64,000 bases of DNA, taken from Paraphysomonas bandaiensis (taxonomy: Eukaryota; Protista; Chrysophyceae). Under the pieces are notes generated by a model. It had not been told where the DNA came from. It did no database searches and saw only the letters and a program-made list of their open reading frames with translations. Below, piece after piece: positions 26,006-38,008 of this stretch. The DNA lies in assembly GCA_965644295.1 (NCBI GenBank), contig CBFFRP010000397.1, positions 1-64,000 of the forward strand, written 5' to 3'. Positions within the stretch are counted from its first letter, which is position 1. Each line of letters begins with the position of its first letter. The position numbers and the translations under genes were made by a program.

Positions 26006-26282
26006 TAGTGAATGTCTAATTATTCGCAATAGGCGTTTAAGAGTCAGAACTAATTTAGCATTGCAGTTTAACTAACCAGTGGTAATAGTGAATGTCTTGT
26101 TTTGAGTCAGAACTAATATAAGTAACGAAAGCTGCTTGTTCGCGACCCAAGTAACAAGGTGTAACCACTTTTAGCAAAGCAAAACCAGTGCGCAAGCAGA
26201 ATGTTGATATAAAGTCAAGGAAATACCAAAACCTAATGGTTCTTTTATGATGGTCGGAATACGGTATAACTATGCACAATAA

Positions 26283-27263
26283 GTATATATTGAATGTCTT
26301 ATTATTTAGCAATAGGCGTTGAAAACCTGCACTAATTAGTGACTAGAAGAATACTAGACATACTATTTAGACCTCTACCCGTCACTAATCAATAATTACA
26401 CAACCTCTTTTATCCTACTATTTAACGCTACAGAAGCTGCTTTTGTGCGTCGCCGCGAGCACCAAGGTGCAACCACTTCTGTTCTTTTAGTGTGTGTGTT
26501 ATAAGGCTCGCCATGCTCGTGTGTCCTGTGACTCACCGGCGCGTGTGATCTGGAGGTCTCCCCTTGGGATGAGACTCCACTGGGTTAGGAGGGGGCTCAG
26601 GGTTTTGTATTATTAAGTTCCAGAGTGTAGCGAGTTCTAGGTGGGTGGGCTGTGAGTTGGATAGAGCAGTGGGATGAGGCGTTGAATGTGTGGGCACTGA
26701 TGCTGTGCTCTTTTTGGACCTCTGGAGTAGATGGAGTTTCCGGAGACGGCGTCTTTGGGGGGGTCTGGACGGTGATAAAGTTATTTGGATTAGGTCGGTG
26801 GAATATGTGTGTGAGGCGGAAGGTGGCGCAGTCACGGGTCTTCTGTGGACCCCTATAGTAATTGTAGCACTCTCGGACGTTTACATGGCTGACTCCTCTT
26901 TTCTGACGCGGTCGCGGGGGTAACCTAGGAATTCCTTTGTGCAGAGTGATGTAACGGCGGCCGCGATCCTGTAACATTAGTAGCTTCGCTGCAGCATAAA
27001 GCGGTTAAAGTAGATCAATAACCGCTTTTTCTAGGTGTCGAAGACTTTTCTAGTTGTGTGTACACGTGGTCTCCAAAGACCGTTTCAAGTTGGGCTGTTG
27101 TGATGGTTCTCTCTACCTGCGGGATGGAGAGATTCCAGGCCCTACTGGAGAGTCTCTGTAGCGCATTTGTGACCCAGTGGGGTTGGGTCTGCTCTATTTG
27201 TATTTGTTGGAGAGCATTTTTGTGCCTTTGAAAGGCAGTCTCCCTTATCTGGGTGATGCACAA
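26283..27263 (-). mobile_element. 3' fragment of an RNase H-family LINE with complete 3' UTR
   Basis: Homologous to 15700-16525; PKGRPPD motif; the tail 26283-26480 aligns with 60264-60455. Confidence 0.85.
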
Positions 27264-27578
27264 AATAAGTAACTATGAACATTTAACAATATGTTGTAAA
27301 GATTATTATTTATAATATTTTTTATTACTTTCTTATACGTACTATTTCTCAGTTTTACAGCAATGATGTGATTATTGTTGTGTGTTGATGTGGTTACTAC
27401 TGTATTAACTGTGTATTATAATGGTAGTAGTCAAGAAGAGGTGCAACGGAAAGAAGAATTCGTGACGACTAATCCGGCGACGACCCAGAGAAAGAGGTAC
27501 CACTACGAAAGCGCAAGGGCAGGGTATGTAACACTGTTCATAAAGATGGTGGCGGGGTCGTCGAATTCCAGCAGAAAA

Positions 27579-28001
27579 TCCGGATGCTTGACTTCAGTAG
27601 GTTGCCCAATACCCCGCGGATGCCCTTGAGGTGGGCCCATCCACGGATGTCTGTTTATTCGTCAGGACCCAAAAAGACGTCTACTACTCAAGTTATATTT
27701 TAGTGTTCCTTGTACCATACAAGCATTCGGCTATGTATGGGCAGAACGATATAATTATATTTATGCTCCATAATAATGGGCTGACTATATATATTATGCA
27801 GCTTACATTAGTTTCCCGGAGAAATATCTCGCGGGACAAATTAACATTTTAGAAATACTCGTAGAATATAATATATATAATTTTATAGCTTTCTTTCAAG
27901 AGTCCCAAATTTGAAAATTTTCCCCACGGTTGTCTTATTATATAAGGTTGCTTTTAGAGAGAACAGCACGAAAAGGTGCGAGTTCGACTTTTTGTTGAGG
28001 G
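27579..28001 (-). mobile_element. Short ribozyme-headed element copy, interrupted by ~130 bp of unrelated DNA
   Basis: 27961-28001 is the 5' half of the module and 27579-27830 the remainder; 27831-27960 is unrelated. Confidence 0.75.
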
Positions 28002-28499
28002 TTTGAATCCCCCTTCTTGTAAAATGGAGCTTTGGTATAGATTCTTTCGTATTAATTATAATATTATTATACAAAATGTATAATATAATATATATATTAT
28101 AGTTATATACTTCTTCTACGCTCTTAAAAAAGTAGGGTCTAGCAAAATAAATTTTTGACCAGATTACCCCCATCATATGACCTGCAGGTTTGGTCTTTGC
28201 CATATATATAATATTATTATATATAGTAGACTTTACACTGTATGTCATACAGACAGTCTTTATACACTGTATTGCTGTTGTACGCAATCGAAAGCTGCAG
28301 TTCTAAGGTACTTCGGAGTATGTTGTAGTTAATACCAAAACTCTTCAGGTAATATTTTAAGGCAAAATAATTGATTGTTTTTAATACGGCCTATTTGTAC
28401 TGGGTTGCACCTCTAAACCGCTCAATCAACCATCAACCCAGCAACGATGTCGCTAATATATCTAATAGCTCTTTTTCGGAGATATTACATCGTAAGGAA

Positions 28500-28587
28500 C
28501 CCTCAACAAAGTCGGACTCGCACCTTTTCGTGGTGTTCTGGGGGATAAGTACCGGAGAGATTCTCTCTGGGAAACTAACGTGAGCCG
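28500..28587 (+). ncRNA. Candidate HDV-like (Pr77/ingi-type) self-cleaving ribozyme
   Basis: Hand fold: P1 CCCUCAAC / GUU(CU)GGGGG; P2 CGGACUCGC / GUGAGCCG; P3 ACC/GGU; L3 UUUUCGU; P4 CCGGAGA/UCUCUGG; J4/2 GAAA-C-UAA with putative catalytic C at 28575. Confidence 0.65.
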
Positions 28588-29705
28588 CAAACATAGTCAG
28601 CAGATATTGTTCTGCCCACTCATAGCCAAATGCTTGTGTGATACAAGGGACTCTATAAAGTGTCACTTGTGTAGACGTCTTTGGGCCCTGACGAATAAAC
28701 AGGCATCCGGGAATGGGCCCACCTCAAGGGCATCCGGGACAAGGCCCACCAGAAGGATAACCGGGGTATTGGGCTGCCTGCTGAAGTTAAGCATCCGGGA
28801 TGTTCACCTTAAGAACTCAAAACACCTGAAGTCAGCAGATGTCAGGTATATCAACATTCTGCTTGCTCCCTGCGTTTGCTTTGAGTGATTGATGCTGAGT
28901 ATGAGTTCACATTATTCGGTATCTGTGTGGCCAATGACCGAGGTAATGCGTCAAACTTTCCTCATGGATGCATGGCAATGGCAATGATGTGATTAGACCT
29001 GTCATGTCTTCTCACACGTCTACTGCCTAGTCTTGGTTTCTCCTGACCCAGGTCATTGAGATTATATCAAGGCTCTGGCACTGTTCTCCAAGCAGTGTCA
29101 GGTACATTTGTGGTGCTTTTATGTTATTCTTGCTTAGTAGGTTTTCATCCGAGCGGGGAAGGTGCACGGTTTCCTACTAGTGTAAGTCACTCGGGAGAAG
29201 AGTGCAAGGTGGATGCATGTGCTGGACGAGTGCACACAATGGAGGGAAGACATTGGAGTCAGCTTGAATTTGTAACAGATTTTGGTAGATGTCTGTTTCA
29301 TGCGTCAGTGTGCAAAATTGCACCAGTGAGACCGCTTCGTGACCGTGGGAGGACCCGGCGCTATAGAGCTACTTTATTCTCCCTTCCAGACTACCTGCTG
29401 CTGTGAACACCACCTTGAAGAGGGCCCTAAAGATCTGCCGCATATACAGGAGACATATGCCGAAGACACCGACCGCAAGTTGTTTGTGTTAGGACAAGTA
29501 GATTGGGCAGGAGCGTATGATCCGGCTTAAACACGCAACTCGTCGTATGCCCATGTAGCTAACTAAATCGTGTTGTATAGTTGAACACTTGTCGGTGCAT
29601 GCAATAGTAACTAGATGAGAGTCATGTTATGCCTAGTGTCGCGCGAGTTGTTAGGTTGGTCGCGGCAACGCACAAGCTTGCGCTTCTTAATAATCAGATT
29701 TTCAA
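28500..29705 (+). mobile_element. 1.2-kb ribozyme-headed non-autonomous retroelement with TSD
   Basis: 14-bp TSD TACATCGTAAGGAA at 28486-28499 and 29706-29719; starts CCCTCAAC; ends GCGGCAACGCACAAGC...TAATAATCAGATTTTCAA. Confidence 0.88.
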
Positions 29706-30912
29706 TACATCGTAAGGAAGAAGCATGTCCTTCTCTCGAAAGCTTCTTGGTGCATTTGATTACTTCGAACCGATAAAATTTTGGATGCAGTTTCCAGTCC
29801 GAACTATCATGCATGTTATTATCCAAAATAAACAATTTTGTAGGATCATGGCTTATAAACAAAGAACTGATCAGAGTGTATACTCAACAGTCAAACATTT
29901 ACTATTGTGTTGTCTCTCTACTTGCAATCTATTTTATCAGATTTTAGATATAGTCATGATCGTATTTCAGTTTTACTATAATAGAATTCATAATATCATA
30001 TATATATTATTAGTTCATGAAATAAATGTAATACTGTTACCCACTACTGTGTATATTCTTTAAGCAACAGCCAGAACTCAAACCTTAGATATATTAGCGA
30101 TATCGTTGCTAGGTTGATGGTTGATTGAGCGGTATTCTCTGGTCTTAAAATATTACCAGAAGAGTTGGTATTAACTACAACATACTTCGAAGTGCGTACT
30201 TGCTTGTAAGCTTTTTGCTAGTAGTTATCCTGGATTCTGTGTAGCAATGAAATGTAGAATCTACAAAAATACAACAGCAGGAATAGGCATTAAATATTAT
30301 GCACATATAACGCTGTTAAAGCTAAATAATATAACTTGTAAGAAAAATATTTTAGTTTGTGATCGATGTGTTGCTACAAATAACCTACAACACAACCTTC
30401 TTACTATCTCTCCGAATATGTATAATTCAGCAATACATAGTGCCTTCAAAAGCCCAAATTAATAATAGTTGGTATGTGGAGCGATACACCGTCTCAGCTG
30501 TACAACCCCAAAAATGGCGGAGTTGGAGGATCCCCACGGATGTGTGTAAACAAATGACAGCACAACACCACAAAATGATAAAGTTGGCCCTTTAACTTTT
30601 TCTTACTCAAACTGCAAATGTATCTAACCACCATACTATTAATAGCTTTTGCTGGACTTGTCTTTTCAAAGTCTATAACATTTGGCGGTGTTGGCCACCT
30701 ATCTATAACATGGTATTCCAATACCTGTTGTGATACCTATCAGGTAAGTATAGACTAAACGTACCACTACAAAACTCCTTTAGCTGCAACGCATTCCATA
30801 CTACTTCACTAAGTATATACACATGTATGTTCATTACAAGAATATTCAGTGAATTCTAAAACCGGGGCAAATCCAACACTAATACGCGGAAAAGTCAAAA
30901 ACTTACATACGA

Positions 30913-33032
30913 TTAGTCCCACATCAGAATATGAGAAATTCCAGGCTTCGCTCTCAATTCGTTTAACTTTGCCCTTAATCCCAGAACATGATGGCCTTCA
31001 GGAATATTTTTTAATTGTATACATCCCGAAACAACATGCAAATCAGTCCATAAATGCCTGTCCTCGGACGGTATGTAATTAGAGAGTCTGTCATCAGGTA
31101 CGTTTAAGTCCACCGTGAACTCAGTAGCCAGCATAAGATTCTTGAAATGATATCCACATACCATTATGCTCTTGTAGTTGTTTATTTGAAACTTGATAAA
31201 CAATTCTCCTGCGCTACGAAGCTGTGCAGTGTATCCCGGTCTGAGCTCAAGGTGCGTTTCGTCAGGAAACACTTTATACTTGTACTTTTCAAAAAAATCG
31301 GCATGATCATATGTCCATTTATGGGTTCCAACTATTAATTCCGACAATGACATATTGGCAGCATAGTGAGGGTGGTAGTCCGTGAAGCACTTGGGTTTAT
31401 TTTCACAAAAGTAAGGGGTGTCTTTATCAATGCCGCAATGCAGGGGAGGTGGTACCTAGGACACTTCTGTAAGTTAGTTCATATGTGGTATCGCAAACTC
31501 ACTTTGGTACTCGTGAAAAGTTTGCTGTGTTCCAATGTGTACTCTGCACATTGTCACAATAGATTACACAACTACGTGTACTATTATATATTTCCTACTT
31601 TTAAGTAATGCGTTTCGATTGGTCTCCCCTTCTATTAGGTCGTCCTGCACAGTATACAAGGCATCCAGGAACACAAGAGTATATAGCCACGAAATCAGTT
31701 CGCCCCTAAAGAGATGTCCTGCTCTGGTAGGGTGCCAACTCGCACCTTTTCCATGTGGATTTCCATATCTGCGTAAGTATTATACGAATTGATACATCCG
31801 GATTTCTTACTCATTGTTCTCCTTTGATGAAAACCGCAGCATACTGCAGTTTCTAAAGAAGAATTGCAGATTACATTTTTGGGGAGTAGATCCAAACTCA
31901 TCACAAGCTTTGTCATGTTCGACATCCCATCCAGAGATGCCGCTCACAGCAAGGGGAGCCCCACTCTTCTGATAGGAGTATGCGGATTCTGCAAACCTCC
32001 TGGCAGTGGGTCCAATTTTCTCAAAGGACCGGAAAAACTGTGCTCTCTGTTCCCGCACATCATCCCGAGAAGGTTTCCACGGGTTCATTCCAGCCGATTT
32101 CTCTGTCCATTCCTGAAAGTATGGTTTACGTCAACCAAGAGAAATACATTGGGCTGTAACACTCCACCTCGGAAGAGTAAGGTGGCGTGTATTTTGACGG
32201 TGGACACCCACCACCTATGGAGCCAGTTCCTGATGGAGAGTAATACACTGATCCGGGATTACGGGACCATAATGCAAATCGTGCCGCCATTTCAAAGTAC
32301 CCTTCGTTGTGACCACAGTTGAAAGACTGTTCCCTGTAGAAGCTACGTCACCGCAGAGAGGTACCAAAACCTATCACAACCTACCATCCAACAAAATCTG
32401 GATCATATCCACCCATAGCCTCATAGCAATAGTCAGAGGGAAAACATTGGTTATTCCCTTGGGCGATGTTCCGGACCTTCAACTCGATGCCAGCCGCCTG
32501 CAAAGCGGGGGCCATACGGCGCCGCAGGACCTCCGGGTAGCTCTGTTGGTACAGGTTGTCGTGGCCAGCAGTTACTGAAGAGCCACCAAATACCATAACG
32601 TACTGGGAATTATCAGTCACAATCTTTTTCGCGAATTGCCACTTGATAATATCATAACTCTTCCTGTAAAACTTGAAAATTAGAACACTGAAATAAATAC
32701 TTTATCACATACTCATCAATATTTTGGGCAAGATAAAAAAGCTGCCGCCCCCACTTCGAGAACAACTGCAGACATGACTTCAGAGCACTATCACATAATA
32801 TACACGTGGTTAACCTCATATCTATTGTATATCAAGCTCAATGACTCCTGGGAGAGCCTTACAGCGTTGTTCAGGTCAGCTTCAAACTAAGAACAGTTCA
32901 GTGGAAGATATCATGCGGACTTGACTTCAAGTTTACCTCAGATAGGGAGCGGTGGGAATTGCTGCGTCTACCTGACACGCTTGGGAATATTGCAACTAGA
33001 ACCATGACTATCAATCGGAGTAGCTGTGTCAT
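30913..33032 (-). CDS. Secreted multi-exon protein with an SGNH/GDSL hydrolase-like domain
   Basis: Signal peptide MTQLLRLIVMVLVAIFPSVSG; block I-like VFGGSSVTAGH; RNIAQG; later WHP motif; several short introns. Confidence 0.6.
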
Positions 33033-33533
33033 CTCACTATCTAATCTCTGACGACACTCGTGCTGTAATGTTAGAGAACACGTGCTCCGTAAATGATCAA
33101 TCTACTGACATATTCGACTTAAATTATATCCGACTGATTTGATTTGTTTCCTGTTGCCAATTGTCCACTTGCTCATAACTGTTGATGTATATGCATGTGT
33201 GTGTGCTGTGTTGTGGTATGTGTACTACTTCCTACTGATACCACCACAGACTGTTGTCCATTTCACACCTCCACTATACCGTATACATACACTACGTATA
33301 TATTGCATGTTGGTCAATATTGTAGGATTGTAGGTGTATTTCGTGTATTTCACAAAAATGTGGCTTTTTACACAAGGGGTGCAAAAGTCACTTTTCATCA
33401 GTAAAAAAGCGATGACTTTTGCAGTGAGAAAAACGATGGATTTGCACAACTGGCAGCATTGCTCTCCTCATGTTTGCTTCCAGATCTAGCTAGGAATTCC
33501 TAGGAAGTAGATTCCGCAACTCAGGAAAATAGG

Positions 33534-34494
33534 ATGGATAATAAGCTCCTTGCGCCAGTACAAGATTAAAGAAAAAATGATAAGATTTCTTCGAAATCTG
33601 AACCTATGCTAGGGTAGTAATGGGGAATTTGCAGATTGTCATCAAAGGTGCCTGCAGAAATATTAAATATCACTAATTGACATACCTTTTTGCAACTAAT
33701 GTTTTGTAGAGTGACACGTCCAGCTCCATTAAGGCGCACCTTTGCTGAATCTTATGAAGTCGGAATCAAGAAGGAGTTTCCGGTAAAACGCAGTGGGTTA
33801 TTCAACAAAGGTTTGCAAAGCGTAATAGCATGCTACTCCCACGTGTAATGTCCTTTCTTTTTTAGAAGTTACTAACTACTGTGTTACTCCCTCGGGCAAC
33901 ATTATTTATCTTACTGATGGACTTGTGACCGAAATAAGTGAGAAGTACGAAGAGAACGACGGGGAGCCTCTGCGTGTAATGTTTCGTAAAGACGAATTTG
34001 ATGATGATTGTAACTTCATCTTCCTTTTCCTTTGCCTACCGTGTATTATTCTTGGATTGTTATCTGGAGAAAATCGATCTCAAACACAGGCAAATTATTC
34101 ATGTGGATGTTGCTTTGGTTATACATGGTGTAATTGCTGTCTTGAAAATAAAATTACCGATCCTATTCTAATGGCGGACGGTCTTTGGTTTGGAAGGAGA
34201 GATGTACAACATCCAACTGAGTCTTGTTGTTCTTCAATTGGGTGCACCAAAGTATTGGATCGTGAAAGTGCTAATATGATTATGGAAATGATACCATCGA
34301 AAACTACGTGCCGTGACGCTATTACTCATGAAATGATAGTAAACCCTTTCAATCGAGCACATTTTGTTGCTCCTGAAGTCATATGCACAGCGTTGAGATC
34401 TTCTGCAGCAAATTCTGTGGCCGATTCCGTGCCGCTTGCTAACCCGAATAACGTTGTCGTGGAGAGCTTTGAAATGGTGTCACGAGATGCGTAA
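33534..34494 (+). CDS. Hypothetical Cys-rich membrane-associated protein
   Basis: Spliceable short exons lead into ORF 33925-34494 with a hydrophobic segment and CGCC/WCNCC clusters; no family recognised. Confidence 0.5.
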
Positions 34495-34681
34495 GAAATA
34501 AGAGTAGGGTTGAACATTTCTCCAGAAAGTGTATCATTAAATATCAAATGAAAATGTCGTCAAGTGCAGCATAATACGTAATAACATTAATTGAGGTTCT
34601 AACATACATGGACATGTATGACCATATGTGCCTTCCTTTCTTCTATTTATTCACTACATTCTACTTTAAAAGTTCGTAGTC

Positions 34682-36395
34682 CTACAACTCCAATATATCA
34701 TTGATACGGTCGTGAATCTTGAAAGATCCTCCACTTTCATCAAATAGACGTATGTTATCATCTTGATCTTTCAAATCATACTTATAATTCACCATTAAGC
34801 CTGCGGCCGATATTAGACACGGAAAGTATTGACGTTTTACTTGTACCAGCACTGGTGCTTATTCCTGTGTGCGAGGTGTTGGCGAGCCAATTGAGTTGGT
34901 ACAGAGAGGCGCCATTTCTCAGGTGAAATCTTGCAACAGCATCTGTATGTCATTATCTTAACAATAACAAGCCGCTATCATTCTACGACTAACCATAAGG
35001 AAGCTGTCCCTTGCTGCGGGAGCCAACCTTTTCATGTACTAGGTAGTGAGCGCATAGCCAGGTCACCTGGGGAAAGTGAGGAAAATAGCAATGAACAAAA
35101 ACAAGTTTTTATAAATTACCGGTGCTTTCAGTTCAGCACAAAGTACTTCATCGTTATGCCATCCTTCTGAGTCCAGGAGTTCATATAGATCTGCCAGTAA
35201 TTTTCTTGTTTCAATGACATATTCTGCTTCTTCTGATTGGCCATTTCGTCCAAGGGTAGCTCGAAGGGACTCGAACAGGAGTCGAGGTATAGGGTAGACC
35301 AACTTCCCCTATACTCAGTGTTATTTCGTTATTTCACCCATCTGGAAATACCTCCATAGATCTCTTCCGTAACCAATTCATAAACCCTGGAATAGGAGAG
35401 AGGGTGCAGTGTGTGGTTACCGAGGGGTGCAGTCTTTGAATTTCATGGGCAGCACGTTTCAGAAGATTCGCCGCCAAGTCAAGACCTCCTACAGCAAAGT
35501 ATATGTAGCACATGAGATAATAAACTACAATTGGTGCACCACAACGAAACAAGCAAACTCACCCAATGAGGAATGTGGGGAATTGACAGAGTAGTACATA
35601 GCGCAATGCGGATTCTCGAGCTCCTGACTTCCGTATATATCCCTGACTACAGGTCAACGAAAATAAACTAAACGTATGATGTAAAACTCTACCGCATTGA
35701 TATCACGATATCAGACGAGAGAGCAATATGAACGAAGGTTAGAGGATCATGGGGTAGACTAAAAGAAAAAGTAGTATATTTAGAACTGTCATATATATAT
35801 ATACAAGACACGCCATCAACCTCGGGTGAAAGAGAGCAAAACACCTCCGACCATTGGACAAACGATTTTTCATTTCAGATAGCGCCCGAATGCGATGTAC
35901 GGCCTCAGCATTGGCGATGTTCTGAAGTACCAATCCGCTAGACGATTCAAACGTTATGCGCTGAAGAATCAGGGCATTGTTGCAAAACACTGCAGACAGC
36001 CAAGCCTGAAGAAACTCGTTCAAACTCTTCAATCCTACATGTGACAAAAACTCTATATCTTCAGATGCCCGTGCATGGGACAATATCTTTTGTACATCAG
36101 ACCGAAGGGTCATAGCGAATCGGATCCCACTATTTGAAACAAGAAGTGCAGATGTAAGTAGTTTGGACCTTTCAGGTGAAAGTTCATTAGAAGAGGAGAG
36201 AATATCACTCATACAAACGCGCTTTTTCGAACTAAAATCAGTAAGGCGAAGGTAGTTATCGACCCACATCGAGAGCTCTGCATTGGTTGGCTTGCTTTTT
36301 CTATGCAAAGACCAGTCACAGTATCCACAAAACCATCTTCTAATACCCTCACTCTTACGAGTGTAGGACAACAAACCTACACATTGTCGTTGCAT
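34682..36395 (-). CDS. MLYCD: Malonyl-CoA decarboxylase
   Basis: EAVH..., RRCFALFHP, YSVN, GLDLAANLLKR, TLSPIPGF, ARFHLRNGA, SAGLMVNY across introns. Confidence 0.9.
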
Positions 36396-36683
36396 TATTA
36401 CAACTAACAAGTCTTCTATGGCCGAGTGAATACATATAGCATCCTTGCATTTCGATAAATCATACCAGCTTGGGCGGAGTTTTCAGCAGGTTAATTCTAT
36501 TTTGCTAAAAAAACGGGAGTTTTAGCATTCTTTTGAATACGTAAAAGTTACAGTAAGTTGGTTCGGATATCGCAATGCAGTGGAGTATTCAGTGTATATG
36601 ACCGACACTCTGTATACAAGACGATAGAGATGATTGTGGAATGCATAATTAACGCATGCGATACGTTGACTGATAATCACTTG

Positions 36684-37622
36684 ATGATAACTACATTTCT
36701 ATTGCTTGTAGTGCTACATTGTGTACGTAGCTCTTCTATAATGTCTGAAACAGTTACTAGAAATGAACAATGGACAACTCTGAATGTTGCTCTGGTGCAG
36801 TATCCTTTAATTGGGGGACTCTCTGTATCTGAGCTATCAGAAAAAGTAAGAGCGTATGTAACATCTGCCTCTGTTAAAGGATCTAATTTAGTAATGCTTC
36901 CGGAATTGTTTTCATTGGATATGCTTAATTATAGTCAGCCTGAAATTACTCAATTTGATCAAATAATTGATGACATTTACCCTAAATTTATAGATGAAAT
37001 GATGCATTTGGCAGCAGAATATAATATCTATATATTACTTGGTAGTGTTCCTGCGAAAGTAAACGGTAACATTCGGAATAGGGCCTATCTGTTTGGACCC
37101 AATCGGGAGTCTGTATACCAGGAGAAAATATTCCTTACGCCTGATGAGAAACTTTGGGGGTGGGAAGGTTCTGATACTCTTGCTATTATCAATGCCCCCT
37201 GGGGTACTACTGCCATAGTGATATGCTACGACAGTGAGTTTCCTATGATCTCTCAGATGCTTGCAGAGCAGAATGTGGACCTGGTGTTGATACCGTCCAT
37301 GACTGGCGAATCTGGTTTCACACGGGTCAGATGGGCTGCCCAGGGTCGGGCTATTGAGCATATGGCATATGTACTAGTAACGGGAACAGTAGGATGCCCT
37401 GCAGAAGGGTGGGAAATGAAGGCTCAAGCCGCCGCACTTGGTCCGTCGCTTCCTGGTGTATGTCCGCTAATTGGCGAGGGTAATATGGATGCGGAAGACG
37501 TCTTGTTTGCTTCTCTAGACTTCACTCAACTTGCGAATGAAAAATCATTAGGTCAGTATTATCCCGCTGAAGATCAGCGCAATCGAGAATTTCCAATTAT
37601 GAAAACGTATTCTAATCTGTAA
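36684..37622 (+). CDS. Carbon-nitrogen hydrolase (nitrilase superfamily), intronless
   Basis: Glu-Lys-Cys triad motifs LPELF, QEKIFL, ICYDSEFP; RAIEH. Start codon uncertain (36684 or 36741). Confidence 0.9.
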   Translation: MITTFLLLVVLHCVRSSSIMSETVTRNEQWTTLNVALVQYPLIGGLSVSELSEKVRAYVTSASVKGSNLVMLPELFSLDMLNYSQPEITQFDQIIDDIYPKFIDEMMHLAAEYNIYILLGSVPAKVNGNIRNRAYLFGPNRESVYQEKIFLTPDEKLWGWEGSDTLAIINAPWGTTAIVICYDSEFPMISQMLAEQNVDLVLIPSMTGESGFTRVRWAAQGRAIEHMAYVLVTGTVGCPAEGWEMKAQAAALGPSLPGVCPLIGEGNMDAEDVLFASLDFTQLANEKSLGQYYPAEDQRNREFPIMKTYSNL

Positions 37623-37673
37623 CCGAACCACCGATTCCGATTCCAGCCTCTAACAGGAAGTCGTTTTCACCTT

Positions 37674-38008
37674 TGTTAAGTTTTGCTGTTCGTGAGCAAT
37701 TAAAAGCTATAGTTTCTAAGATATTTGAAGTATAACCGTTACTCAAAGAATACAGTAGTAGCGAACCGTATTATTATGAGAACCAAGGATGTGATAGCTA
37801 TTGTAGTACTGAAACTGAAATATATTGACTGTACAAGATAGTGACGATGTAAGATCGTACTAGAAATGGTTGGTGTAGTAGAGATAAAACGAGTTGGTGA
37901 ATGACAATGAATGATGAATGATATCTCTTATAATTTATAATTTTCTGCTTAAAGTGTTTATCTAAGCTTTCTTACTAGTTCAACTACTAATTATGTTATT
38001 ATCTAACA
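37674..38008 (+). repeat. Solo Copia LTR
   Basis: TGTTA...TAACA ends; 5-bp TSD ACCTT/ATCTT (one mismatch); similar to 19679-19984. Confidence 0.88.

Noticed and set aside
28686-28720. CTGACGA hammerhead-like core in the repeated module
   Set aside because: No stem II followed by GAAA, and other copies read TTGACGA.
28778-28820. LLKLSIRDVHLKN resembles a 2A-like peptide (LLKLAGDVESNPGP), which some ingi-type LINEs carry
   Set aside because: No NPGP and no conserved reading frame across copies; probably chance.
28433-28888. ORFs overlapping the repeated module (also 42778-42981, 60364-60877, 27631-27852)
   Set aside because: Frames and stops are not conserved between copies; treated as non-coding.
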